A stretch of DNA of 64,000 nt from a bacterium (GCA_030429345.1 JAUIFJ010000014.1:35989-99988); one strand, 5' to 3'; shown: positions 35,203 to 44,518, numbered from the stretch's first letter. A program made the numbers and translations. The notes: generated by a model from the sequence alone, not told the origin.

Positions 35203-35265
35203 TTAGCTGTGTGTTTGCATGTGGCCCTGTCTACCCCAGACCGGGCCCTTGCTTTTTGGAGGAGT
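35203..35265. promoter_or_regulatory. Copy 2 of the duplicated motif, forming the immediate promoter/leader of the ygbA-like gene
   Basis: ttagctgtgtgtttgcatgtGGCCCtgtctaccccagaccGGGCCcttgctttttggaggag, ending in a GGAGGAG Shine-Dalgarno 5 nt before the GTG start at 35268. Confidence 0.4.
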
Positions 35266-35267
35266 TC

Positions 35268-35621
35268 GTGGAAAAAACGCGGCGCATTCGCAGGGAGCAG
35301 GAAACCATTCGCGCAATGGTCCGCCTCTATTGCCGCGCGCACCACTCCACCCGGCCCCCCTGCACTTCCTGTGCGACACTGCTCGAATATGCGCTGCAGC
35401 GGGTGGATCGCTGTCCCTGGGGAGAGAACAAGGGCGCCTGCAGCGAGTGCAGCATCCACTGCTTCCGCAGCGCGGAGCGCGAGCGCGTCCGCCGGCTGAT
35501 GGCCTGGGCCGGACCGCGCATGCTGCTGCGACACCCATTGCTTGCCCTGTTGCACCTGCTGGACAAGCGCCGACGCCCTCGGAAGGAGATATCCGCACCT
35601 CGCGCGACGCAAAACTCCTGA
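35268..35621 (+). CDS. YgbA-like 'nitrous oxide-stimulated promoter' family protein (Cys-rich; linked to nitrosative stress in E. coli)
   Basis: GTG start. VEKTRRIRREQETIRAMVRLYCRAHH...CTSCATLLEYALQRVDRCPWGENKGACSECSIHCF...RLMAWAGPRMLLRHPLLAL aligns block by block with E. coli YgbA (Cys ladder, WAGPRML-RHP). Confidence 0.65.
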   Translation: MEKTRRIRREQETIRAMVRLYCRAHHSTRPPCTSCATLLEYALQRVDRCPWGENKGACSECSIHCFRSAERERVRRLMAWAGPRMLLRHPLLALLHLLDKRRRPRKEISAPRATQNS

Positions 35622-35704
35622 TCACGTCTCACTCCATTTTGCCACTCTCTTGCCGTCGCCTCTGCACCCTGCCTGCGGAGCACATCCTCTGCGTGGAGAA
35701 ACTG

Positions 35705-36307
35705 ATGCTGCATCGTCTTGCCTTGCTTTTTGCGGCTCTGGCCCTGCTTTCATGCCAGAACCGGGGACCCGACTTCCTTCCGATGAACGAGGAAGAGATC
35801 CAGGTGTACAAGGAGAAGGGCGCAATGATCAGCGGCAGTCTGATCTCCGCCATGCAGATCGAACTGAAACGGGAGCTGATGGCCGGCGGACCGGTCGGGG
35901 CGGTCGACTATTGCAATCTGCGGGCCCTGGAGCTGACGGATTCCCTGGCGCGGGCCCATGGTGTACAACTTCGGCGAGTCAGCGAAAAGCTGCGCAATCC
36001 TCTCAACGCGCCGGATCTTGCCGACGCGCGCGCCCTGCGGGTCTTTCGCTCCCACGTGGACATGAGCACTCCGCCGGCCGAGGTGATGCAGAAGTTCCAT
36101 CGCGGCCAGCGGGAGATCGTGCGCTACTACAAGCCGCTCTTCGTCGCCGCGCCCTGCATGAACTGCCACGGCGATGCCGCCGGCTTCAGCGGCGACTTGA
36201 GTGCCGCGCTGCAGGAGCGCTATCCTGCCGACCAGGCGACAGGCTATTCGCCGGGCGACTGGCGCGGCCTGCTGCGTGTCGAATTCACGGTGCCTGAAAC
36301 GAATTGA
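35705..36307 (+). CDS. DUF3365 (Tll0287-like PAS-fold heme sensor domain) lipoprotein with one c-type heme-binding CxxCH
   Basis: Internal ATG at 35705 and a lipoprotein signal (MLHRLALLFAALALLSC). The motif is RYYKPLFVAAPCMNCHG. Upstream in-frame sequence within ORF 35219..36307 is repeat/leader DNA. Confidence 0.6.
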   Translation: MLHRLALLFAALALLSCQNRGPDFLPMNEEEIQVYKEKGAMISGSLISAMQIELKRELMAGGPVGAVDYCNLRALELTDSLARAHGVQLRRVSEKLRNPLNAPDLADARALRVFRSHVDMSTPPAEVMQKFHRGQREIVRYYKPLFVAAPCMNCHGDAAGFSGDLSAALQERYPADQATGYSPGDWRGLLRVEFTVPETN

Positions 36308-36333
36308 TTCCATATTCCAAAGGAGGAGGCGAA

Positions 36334-37062
36334 ATGAAGCCGACCCGATTGACCGCCCTGATTTCCCTGTGTGTGACACCCATCCTTATGATTGCCTGCC
36401 AGGGAGGCGGCGGCAGCTCCGCGGAGTACGGAACGAAGAGCCTGGATACCTTCCAGGACAGCGTGAGCTACGCCCTGGGCCAGGACATGGGCGCGTGGAT
36501 TGTGTCACAGGACATGGACCTGGACATGGCCGCCTACACCCAGGGCGTGGCCGACACCCTGGCCGGCCAGGGTTCCCTGCTGGCAGCCGGCGAAGCCCAG
36601 CGCGTGATGAATGCCTATCGCCAGCAGAAGAACGATGAGATGCGGGCGCAAAAGGAAGAGGAAGGCAAGAAGAACCGCGAGGCCGCGGAAGCCTTCCTGG
36701 CCGAGAACGGGGCACGCGAAGGCGTGACCACCACGGAAAGCGGACTGCAGTACGAAGTCGTCAAGATGGGCTCGGGCGACAAGCCCGCCGCCACCAACCA
36801 GGTCAAGGTCCACTACCGGGGGACCAAGCTGGACGGCAGCGAGTTCGACAGCAGCCACAAGCGCGGAACGCCTTCCACCTTCCGCCTGAACGGCGTGATC
36901 AGTGGCTGGACCGAAGGGCTCCAGCTGATGCCGGTGGGCAGCACCTTCAACTTCTACATTCCGGGCGATCTGGCCTACGGCATGGGCGGAAGCCCGAGCG
37001 GCGGCATCGGCCCCGACGAGCTGCTGATCTTCGAGGTCGAGCTGATCGACATCTTGCAGTAG
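36334..37062 (+). CDS. FKBP-type peptidyl-prolyl cis-trans isomerase (FkpA/FklB-like) lipoprotein
   Basis: AAAGGAGGAGG Shine-Dalgarno before the ATG, then a lipoprotein signal (MKPTRLTALISLCVTPILMIAC). The FKBP domain is VHYRGTKLDGSEFDSSHKRGTPSTFRLNGVISGWTEGLQLMPVGSTFNFYIPGDLAYG. Confidence 0.85.
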   Translation: MKPTRLTALISLCVTPILMIACQGGGGSSAEYGTKSLDTFQDSVSYALGQDMGAWIVSQDMDLDMAAYTQGVADTLAGQGSLLAAGEAQRVMNAYRQQKNDEMRAQKEEEGKKNREAAEAFLAENGAREGVTTTESGLQYEVVKMGSGDKPAATNQVKVHYRGTKLDGSEFDSSHKRGTPSTFRLNGVISGWTEGLQLMPVGSTFNFYIPGDLAYGMGGSPSGGIGPDELLIFEVELIDILQ

Positions 37063-37085
37063 CCTGTCCAGCATTGTAAGACAAA

Positions 37086-37118
37086 GGGGCGGCACGCGAA
37101 GCGTGCCGCCCCTTTTCC
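37086..37118. terminator. Intrinsic terminator of the FKBP gene
   Basis: GGGGCGGCACGC-gaa-GCGTGCCGCCCC followed by TTTTCC. Confidence 0.65.
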
Positions 37119-37133
37119 ATACCTGTGCCGCCT

Positions 37134-37343
37134 GTCATCCCGCGGCTTGACCGCGGGATCCTTTTCCGCGTCGCAGACCGGAGGGTCGCTCACTCATGTC
37201 GCGTCGCAGACCGGAGGGTAGTGCACAAACACGCCGCGCCGCAGACCTGAGGGCGGTATACATTCATGCCGAGACGCATCCCACGCGGAACCCCTCCTGC
37301 CTTCGGCGGTGACACGGATCCCGTGGTCAAGCCACGGGATGAC
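37134..37343. repeat. MITE-like element or structured-RNA locus: two 28-bp hairpin-forming terminal inverted repeats flanking three degenerate tandem repeats of ~33 bp
   Basis: The left end GTCATCCCGCGGCTTGACCGCGGGATCC (37134-37161) and the reverse complement of the right end (37316-37343, GTCATCCCGTGGCTTGACCACGGGATCC) differ by only two positions, and those positions are base-pair compensatory in the hairpin stem. Between them are GCGTCGCAGACCGGAGGGT twice (37168, 37201) and the variant GCCGCAGACCTGAGGGCGGT (37231). Confidence 0.4.
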
Positions 37344-37426
37344 ACCGGGAGGCGTGATGACAGCGTAGAGGGCGGGATGAAAGCGGCGGGGAAAGCCGTG
37401 TGACTTCCTCGCCTTCTGCGCCCACC

Positions 37427-38083
37427 CTACTTCCGTATCACAAAAATCTCTTCCACCTCCTTGCGCCGGATGTCCGGCACGCGGCAATCCTCTGCCGGGT
37501 AGCCGACCGGGATCAGCAGGTAGGGCCGCTCGTTGGCGGGCCGATCCAGGATCCTGCAAAGGAAGTTCATCGGGCTCGGCGTGTGCGTCAGGGTGGCCAG
37601 GCCCTGCAGGCGCAGGGAGGCCAACAGCAGGCCCGTCGCCAGGCCGACGCTCTCCTGGACATAGTAGTTCTGCCGGCCGTCCGGCCTCGTATTCTGCCGG
37701 AAGACGACGATCAGCCAGGGGGCATCCTCCAGCATCGGCTTGTCCTCGTCGGTGCCCAGGTGGGCCAGGTCGTCCAGCCAGGTCTCGCTCATGCGGCCGC
37801 CGTAGTTGCGCCGTTCCTCTTCCTCGGCTCCGGCGCGGATCTCCTTTTTCAAGGCAGGATCCGAAACGGCCACGAAAGTCCAGGGCTGCAAGTTCGCCCC
37901 GCTGGGCGCCGTTCCCGCCGTAGCCACCGCCCGGCGGATCACTTCCTCCGGAACGGGTTCAGTAGAGAACATCCGCACCGTGCGACGGGTGCTCATGGCC
38001 TGCAGGAAGTCCTCGCCGCGGCGGGCGGTCTCTTCGGGGTTCAGGGACTCGATGTGATACGGAATGGTCGGGTGCTTCGGCAT
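37427..38083 (-). CDS. Nitroreductase family protein (iodotyrosine-deiodinase-like flavin oxidoreductase)
   Basis: Internal ATG at 38083 (MPKHPTIPYH...), 219 aa. Nitroreductase N-terminal signature RRTVRMFSTEPVPEEVIRRAVATAGTAPSGANLQPWTFV. The listed longer ORF (38287) overlaps the glnA end. Confidence 0.7.
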   Translation of the reverse strand: MPKHPTIPYHIESLNPEETARRGEDFLQAMSTRRTVRMFSTEPVPEEVIRRAVATAGTAPSGANLQPWTFVAVSDPALKKEIRAGAEEEERRNYGGRMSETWLDDLAHLGTDEDKPMLEDAPWLIVVFRQNTRPDGRQNYYVQESVGLATGLLLASLRLQGLATLTHTPSPMNFLCRILDRPANERPYLLIPVGYPAEDCRVPDIRRKEVEEIFVIRK

Positions 38084-38223
38084 GCGATCCTCGAAGGTGA
38101 ACAGTCTCGGGAAAATACCGGAAAATGCTGGCCAAGATGCAGCAGGATCCGGTGCCAGAAGAAAAGGGGCGCTCCCGAAGGAGCGCCCCTTGTTTTGTCG
38201 TACCGCCCCGAAGGGATGCGGGC

Positions 38224-39564
38224 CTAGTAGCGCGCCAGGTAGCGGTCCAGCTCCCACTGGCTCACGCTGGTGCGGTAGTCGTCCCATTCGGCGGTCTTGG
38301 CCTCGATGTAGCTGCGCCAGAGGTGCTCGCCGAAGGTGGCGCGCATCAGCTTGCTGCGGCGGAACTCGCCGACGGCCTCGCCCAGGCTGCCGGGCATGGA
38401 GACCAGGCGGCTGCGGCGGCTGGCGCTCAGGTGGAAGAGATCCTCCTCCTGGGCCTTGGGCGGATCCATCTGCTTCTTGATGCCGTCCAGCCCGGCGCCC
38501 AACATGGCGGCGAAGGTCAGGTAGGGGTTGGCGCTGGGGTCCGGACAGCGCAGCTCGATGCGGCTGGCGGTCGCGATGCGACTGGGACTGACACGCGGAA
38601 TGCGGATCAGGGCGCTGCGGTTGCTGCTGGCCCAGCTGATGTATACGGGCGCCTCGTAGCCCGGCACCAGGCGCTTGTAGGAATTGACCAGGGGAGCGAT
38701 CACGGCGGAAAGGGACTTGGCGTGATGCAGCTGGCCGGCAATGAACTGGCGCGCGACCTCGCTGAGGCCCTTTTCGTCCTTGGGGTCGGCGAAGGCGTTC
38801 TTGCCGTTCTGCCAGAGGCTCTGGTGCACGTGCATGCCGTTGCCGTTCTCGCCGGCGATCGGCTTGGGCATGAAGGTGCAGTAGAGGCCATGCTCCTGGG
38901 CAATGGCCTTGAAGGCGGTCTTCAGGGTCATGGCGTGATCCGCCGTCTGCAGGGCGGGGCCGTACTTGAAGTCGATCTCGTGCTGGCCGATGGCGACCTC
39001 GTGATGCAAAGCCTCGACCGTGATGCCGAATGCCTGCAGGGCATGCACCATGCGGCGGCGCACGTCGTGAGCCATGTCGGTGCTCATGTCGAAATAGCCG
39101 GCCTGGTCGTGGGGCTGCAGCGGGGTCAGGCTGCCGTCGTCATTGTAGTCGAAAAGGAAGAACTCCATTTCCGGAGCGGTCACGTATTCGTAGCCCAACT
39201 CGGCGGCTTCCTGGAGCACGCGCTTGAGCACGCCCCGCGGATCGCCCTCGAAGGGCGTGCCGTCGGGAAGGTAGACGTCGCAGATGACGCGGGCGGTCGG
39301 GATCTCCGTGTCCCAGGGAATCTGCGCGAAAGTGTCCAGGTCCGGGTGCAGCAGCATGTCGCTCTCGGCGATGCGGGTGAAGCCCTGGATCGAGCTGCCA
39401 TCGAACCACATGCCGTGATCCACCGTGTCCCAGAAATGCTGGATCGGCAAGCCCACGCTCTTCACCATGCCGTGGATGTCGGTGAACTGCAGGTTGACGA
39501 ATTCGATGTTCTCTTTCTTGATGAAGGCCCGGATTTCCTCCAGGCGCGCCGGATCGTGGTTCAT
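38224..39564 (-). CDS. glnA: Glutamine synthetase, type I
   Basis: ATG at 39564 (MNHDPARLEEIRAFIKKENIEFVNLQFTDIHG...); the track's TTG at 39582 is also possible. Diagnostic blocks are DGSSIQGF, ENGNGMHVHQSLW and the ATP-binding region. The antisense ORF at 38125..39624 was rejected. Confidence 0.9.
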   Translation of the reverse strand: MNHDPARLEEIRAFIKKENIEFVNLQFTDIHGMVKSVGLPIQHFWDTVDHGMWFDGSSIQGFTRIAESDMLLHPDLDTFAQIPWDTEIPTARVICDVYLPDGTPFEGDPRGVLKRVLQEAAELGYEYVTAPEMEFFLFDYNDDGSLTPLQPHDQAGYFDMSTDMAHDVRRRMVHALQAFGITVEALHHEVAIGQHEIDFKYGPALQTADHAMTLKTAFKAIAQEHGLYCTFMPKPIAGENGNGMHVHQSLWQNGKNAFADPKDEKGLSEVARQFIAGQLHHAKSLSAVIAPLVNSYKRLVPGYEAPVYISWASSNRSALIRIPRVSPSRIATASRIELRCPDPSANPYLTFAAMLGAGLDGIKKQMDPPKAQEEDLFHLSASRRSRLVSMPGSLGEAVGEFRRSKLMRATFGEHLWRSYIEAKTAEWDDYRTSVSQWELDRYLARY

Positions 39565-39946
39565 GACCGCTTTCCCAATCAATTAAAAATTGTTCACGAC
39601 TTCGCTGAAACGCATTTCAAGTGAGTTGAAATGGCCATTTCAAGACATCGGGCGCAAGAATCACGCTTTGTAGTGGAAATAGCAACAGGAATCGGTGAGA
39701 ATTTCTGTTTTAGGGGAATAGAGCATTTGATGTGCTTGTGCCGGTTCTCTCATCGTCCTTCATTCGGGCCGACTTGAACAGCCGGCGGTCCTTCCTTTAT
39801 ATGTGCCCACCCGGAAGAAAGTTTGCGGCGACAAACAATCAGCGGAGCGCGGGAACTTTTGGCGCCGCCCATCGTTTTGGTTGGTAGTCTTGTTGGGGCG
39901 ATCTATATTCGCCGCTGAATCGACACACACCAAAAGCGAGGTACTC

Positions 39947-40510
39947 ATGAAATTCATCGTCCGAGCCGGATTGTCCATGGCCCTGGCCCTGGCCTTTGCC
40001 GGCATGGCTTCCGCCGGTGCCGGGTGCTGCCCGTCCAAGGCGGAGAAGACCAGTGTGGAAAAGGCTTCTCTGAAGAATGCCAAGACCACGGCCGCTGTGG
40101 CGGTTTCCGAGAAGGTTTGCAACGTGGATGGCAAGGCTGTCACCTGCACGGTGATGAGCGACGGTACCTGCGTTGTCGACGGCAAGACCATCGAATGCGC
40201 CACCGCCAAGGCCACCGCCGCCCAGTGCTCGAGCACGGGCGCGATGAAGGCTTCCAACAACAGCTGCTCCAGCAAGGGCGCAATGAAGGCCTCCGCCAAC
40301 AGCTGCTCGGCCCATCCCACCATGAAGGCTTCCGCCGGAAGCTGCTCCAGCAAGGGTGCGGTGGAAAAGGCTTCCATTCAGAAGGCTTCTGCCGGAAGCT
40401 GCGCCAGCTCCTGCGCCTCCAACGCCAAGAGCTGCGGCACCAAGGCCGAGAAGGCTGAAGTGAAGAAGGCCAAGGTCACCAAGACCGCCGTCACGGCCCA
40501 GGCCAAGTAA
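39947..40510 (+). CDS. Secreted Cys-rich, Ala/Lys/Ser-rich repetitive protein of unknown function (about 17 Cys in 187 aa)
   Basis: Internal ATG at 39947 with a signal peptide (MKFIVRAGLSMALALAFAGMASA). It has three CxxDGKxxxC-like hairpin units (CNVDGKAVTC, CTVMSDGTC, CVVDGKTIEC), four A-[MQ]-K-A-S-x-x-S-C-[SA] repeats and a Lys-rich tail (KAEKAEVKKAKVTK). There is clear codon periodicity, an AT-rich promoter region upstream and a strong terminator downstream. Confidence 0.55.
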   Translation: MKFIVRAGLSMALALAFAGMASAGAGCCPSKAEKTSVEKASLKNAKTTAAVAVSEKVCNVDGKAVTCTVMSDGTCVVDGKTIECATAKATAAQCSSTGAMKASNNSCSSKGAMKASANSCSAHPTMKASAGSCSSKGAVEKASIQKASAGSCASSCASNAKSCGTKAEKAEVKKAKVTKTAVTAQAK

Positions 40511-40535
40511 AGCCTGTTCCCAGCTGACTACGAAT

Positions 40536-40572
40536 CCCCCTTGCACACACTGTGCAAGGGGGATTTTCTTTT
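40536..40572. terminator. Intrinsic terminator of the Cys-rich protein gene
   Basis: CCCCCTTGCACA-cac-TGTGCAAGGGGG followed by ATTTTCTTTT. Confidence 0.65.
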
Positions 40573-40646
40573 GCTTCCGTGACGCGCCCGCGCGCATGCG
40601 GCGGCGATTTCCCCCCTTTTCCCGACCACCTCTCTGAGACATCTCA

Positions 40647-40675
40647 TTGACAATTTTCATAGGCCGTGCTAACTT
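40647..40675. promoter_or_regulatory. Sigma-70-like promoter of the ACIII operon
   Basis: TTGACA, a 17-nt spacer and TAACTT, about 90 nt upstream of the actA ATG. Confidence 0.5.
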
Positions 40676-40768
40676 CCTCGTTTGTTTAAACTTTAACGGG
40701 TGGCAACGAGTCGCTTGCGGACCGGGTCCGCGTGTTGCCGCCCGCCTCCATTAGTCAGGAAGGCGCGG

Positions 40769-41332
40769 ATGAAAGTTCTAGACCGTCTGCTCCGTGTCGG
40801 CTTGCCGCTGACCGTTGCAGCCGTCCTGGCCACCGTGATCACGGTGGGCTGGATGGTGGAACCGGATCGCTACATGGTGGGCTATGCCCCCGAGCAGCCG
40901 ATCCCCTTCTCCCACAAGGTGCACGCCGGCGACAACAACATTCCCTGCGAATACTGTCACACGGGGGCGCGCAGTGGCCGGCACGCGACCATTCCTTCCG
41001 TCGACGCCTGCTTCAAGTGTCACAACGTGACAAGGACCGACAGCGAATGGATCGGGCAGCTGCGCGAGATCCGCGACAGCGGCCGACCGCTCGAATGGGA
41101 GCGCATCCACGACCTGCCGGATTATGTCTACTTCGACCACCGTCCCCATGTGGCCAAGGGCATTGCCTGCCAGGAGTGCCACGGCCCGGTCGAGGAGATG
41201 GACGTGGTGCGCCAGGCGACAAGCATGCGCATGGGCGCCTGCCTGGAGTGCCACCGCGGCGAGCGCATCTATACGACCATGGAGGAGCCCTATCCGACGG
41301 CTCCAGTTTCCTGCGGCACCTGCCATCGTTAG
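40769..41332 (+). CDS. actA: Alternative complex III subunit ActA (pentaheme cytochrome c, membrane anchored)
   Basis: Internal ATG at 40769 and an N-terminal TM helix. Five CxxCH motifs: CEYCH, CFKCH, CQECH, CLECH, CGTCH. Confidence 0.85.
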   Translation: MKVLDRLLRVGLPLTVAAVLATVITVGWMVEPDRYMVGYAPEQPIPFSHKVHAGDNNIPCEYCHTGARSGRHATIPSVDACFKCHNVTRTDSEWIGQLREIRDSGRPLEWERIHDLPDYVYFDHRPHVAKGIACQECHGPVEEMDVVRQATSMRMGACLECHRGERIYTTMEEPYPTAPVSCGTCHR

Positions 41333-41351
41333 GATCACCAAGGACTCCCCT

Positions 41352-41537
41352 ATGAAGAAGAACTCACGCAGACTGGCCCTCAAGTGGCTGGGCACTGCAC
41401 TCGCCGGCCTGTTTGTCGGCCTGCCTCTGCGTTCGGCAGCGCACTCACCCGCACAGCGGGAAGCGGCTTCCGCGCCCCGCAAGCAGCCTTCCCGCAAGGT
41501 GCGCCCCGCGAAAGGATCGGTGATGCGTCATGGCTGA
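41352..41537 (+). CDS. Small (61 aa) putative membrane protein encoded between actA and actB
   Basis: MKKNSRRLALKWLGTALAGLFVGLPLRSAAHSPAQ... with one TM helix. Its stop overlaps the actB start by 8 nt (ATGGCTGA). Coding status is unproven. Confidence 0.35.
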   Translation: MKKNSRRLALKWLGTALAGLFVGLPLRSAAHSPAQREAASAPRKQPSRKVRPAKGSVMRHG

Positions 41538-44518
41538 ACACCGCAATGCTGTGCCCGGACAGTGGAAATCGCTCCGGGAACTGAAGACCGGCAAAAGGGC
41601 TGAAACGCAGGCCCTGCACGGGAGCGCTCCCCTGCAGGCATCGGATCTGGCGGACGGGCTTTCCCGCCGCCGCTTCATGACCCTTTTGGGAGCCAGCGCG
41701 GCCCTGGCCGCCGGCGGCTGCGCCCGCAGCGTCGATCGTGGCAAGGTGGTGCCCTACACCAACCGGCCGGAAGAGGTCACTCCGGGCAAGGCCAATTACT
41801 ATGCCAGCGCCTGGAGCGAAGGGGCCCAGGTCTACAGCGTGCTGGTCAAGACCCGCGAAGGGCGCCCGATCCACCTGGAGGGCAACGACGAGCACCCCGC
41901 CTACGGCGGCAAGACCTCGCTGCGGACCCACGCCGAAATCCTCAATCTCTATGATCCCGATCGCCTGCAGGGCGCCCGCGCAGGAGAGCGCGAGTTGCCC
42001 CAGGAGCAGGCGGTCGACGCCCTGCGCCAGAGCCTGAACGGCCGGGTGCTGCTGCTGACCGGTGCGGATCTCTCCCCGGCCCGCGAAGCCCTCTTCGAGC
42101 GGCTGCGCAGCCAGGTGCCGGGTCTGGAGCGCCGCCAGTGGGAAGCCCTCGACAACAGCAGTGAAGTGCTGGGCAGCGCCGAGCTCTTCGGCGAGCGCCA
42201 CCAGTGGCGTTTTGAACTGAACAAGGCGGAGGTGGTCCTCAGCCTGGACGCGGATTTCCTGGGCGAATACGCCAACGGCACCAGCCAGGCGCGCCAATGG
42301 AGCAAGGGCCGGCTGGTCGCTGATCGCAAGGCGCAGATGAGCCGCTGCTATGTCGCCGAATCCACCATGACGGTCACGGGATCCAAGGCGGACCAGCGTC
42401 TGCGGCTGCCCGCTTCGGGCCAGGCGGAACTGGCTTACGCCCTTGCCGCCGGACTGCGCGGCCGGGGAGTGCCCCTGCCTGCCGGAGTGGACGGCGGACT
42501 GCTCGCCGAGTTCCGACTGGACGCGGTGGCCAGGAAGTATCACCTGGACATGGCCGTTCTGGAAGCCCTGCTCCAGGACCTGGCCCATGCCGGCAAGAAC
42601 GCCGCGGTGCTGGCCGGCCAGCAGACCGGCTCCACCTGCCATGCCGCGGTGGTCCTGTTGAACACCATGCTCGGATCCGTCGGCCATTGCCTGCACCTGG
42701 AGCCTGTCGGCAGCCGGCAGACGCTGGACGCCGAGGGCCGTCGCGCCACGATCCGCGAGATGGCTTCCGGCCAATGGGACACCGTGATCCTCTTCGGCGT
42801 CAACCCGGTCTTCGATACTCCCGCCGCCTGGGGCTTCGCCGATGCCTTCGCCAAGGTCGGGCGGCGCGTTTCCCTGTGCCTGCGGGCAGACGAGAGCGCC
42901 GAGGCCTGCACCCTGGTGATTCCCGTCTCGCACTGGCTCGAGGCCTGGGGCGAATACATGACTCCCGACGGCATGCGCTGCCTGCAGCAGCCGGTGATCG
43001 AGGCCCTTCACGGCACCCTGCAGGGCGAAGATCTTCTGCTCCGCGCCACGGGGCTCGAAGGCAACTACCTGGATCACATTCGCGATTTCTGGGCCAACCA
43101 GGTGCAGCCGGCCGGCTCACCCGTACCCTTCGATCGCTTCTGGCACACGGTCCTGCATGACGGCATCTATCGCAGCCCGGCCCTGGCCGCCCGCGGCAAC
43201 CGGCTGAACGGGGATGCCGTCGCAGCGCGCATGCGCGAGCTGGACAAGCTGACGGACAAGGGGCACACGGGCGCCGAAGTCCTGGTTCTGCCCTCTCCGG
43301 CTCTCTATGACGGACGATGCGCCAACGTGGGCTGGCTGCAGGAATGCCCGGATCCCGTACACAAGATGACCTGGGGCAACGCCCTGCTGCTGTCTCCCGC
43401 GGAAGCGGAGAAGCTGCATGCGGAAACAGGCGCCATCGTGCGTCTGAGCCTGGGATCGAAGAGCTGGGACCTGCCGGTCCTCGTGGCTCCGGGACAGGCC
43501 GACCATGTGGCGGTAGTGCACGCGGGCGGAGGGCGGACGACCGGCAGCGTCTGCAACGGAGTCGGCTTCAATGCTTTCGAACTGGCGGATCGTCCCGAGA
43601 CCGCGACAATGGAACTCGTCGAGAAGGCCAGGGAGGATGTGGTCCTGCAGACCCAGGAACACCACAACCTGGAAGGCCGGGACCATGTGCGCCTCTTCTC
43701 GATCGAGGACTACGCGAAGCACAAGGAAAAGCACTACCACGTCGACCCCTACCTGAAAAAGGGCTACGACTTCTACCCCGAGCGCGAGTTTCCCGGCAAC
43801 CGCTGGGGCATGGTGCTCGACCTGGCTGCCTGCACCGGCTGCACGGCCTGCGTGCTGGCCTGCCAGAGCGAGAACAACATTCCCGTGGTCGGCCCCGAGC
43901 GGGTCGCCAAGGGCCGCGAAATGCACTGGATCCGCCTGGACCGCTACTACGAAGGCAGCGCCGACGAACCCATGGTCCTGCAGCAGCCCATGCTGTGCCA
44001 GCAGTGCGACAACGCCCCTTGCGAGAACGTCTGTCCGGTGGCCGCGACCTCGCAGAGCGAGGACGGCCTGAACACCATGACCTACAACCGCTGTGTGGGG
44101 ACGCGCTATTGCGCCAACAACTGCCCCTACAAGGTGCGGCGCTTCAACTACTTCACCTACACGGACAAGCGACAGCCGCTTGACCTGGCGGCGAATCCCG
44201 AAGTGACCATTCGCGACCGCGGCGTCATGGAGAAGTGCACTTTCTGCATCCAGCGCGTCAACAGCGCCCGCGCCCAGGCCAAGGCCGAGGGCCGCGAGAT
44301 CCGCGACGGCGAGGTCCGCACCGCCTGCCAGAACGCCTGTCCCACCGACGCCATTGTTTTCGGCGACCGCAACGACACGAGCAGCCAGGTGGCGCGGGCA
44401 TGGGAGAACGAGCGTTCCTACCGCGTGCTGGAGGAACTGGGCGCCAAGCCGGCGATCCACTATCTGGCCGACATGCGCAATCCGGCCGTGGCACAGGCGA
44501 GCGAATCAGGAGACCACG

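Noticed and set aside
34931-35206. 91-aa ORF beginning MFASGPVYP... (parallel to MFACGPVYP... of the ygbA-like ORF)
   Set aside because: It starts inside copy 1 of the duplicated leader motif. The similarity comes from duplicated DNA, and the rest of its sequence shows no periodicity or homology.
37165-37260. Three ~33-bp tandem repeats considered as a mini CRISPR array
   Set aside because: The repeats are only ~19 bp and degenerate, the 'spacers' are 12-14 bp, there are only three units and there are no cas genes. They are better explained as the internal repeats of a MITE/REP-like element.
38125-39624. 499-aa plus-strand ORF
   Set aside because: It is antisense to glnA, which has unmistakable glutamine synthetase motifs.
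41380-43077. 565-aa minus-strand ORF, and others antisense to the act/cta genes (43117..44460, 44258..45994, 45837..47375, 46984..48261, 47949..50096, 50020..51738, 52364..53323)
   Set aside because: All are antisense to ACIII or oxidase subunits with strong homology and have low-complexity products. They are typical GC-rich shadow ORFs.
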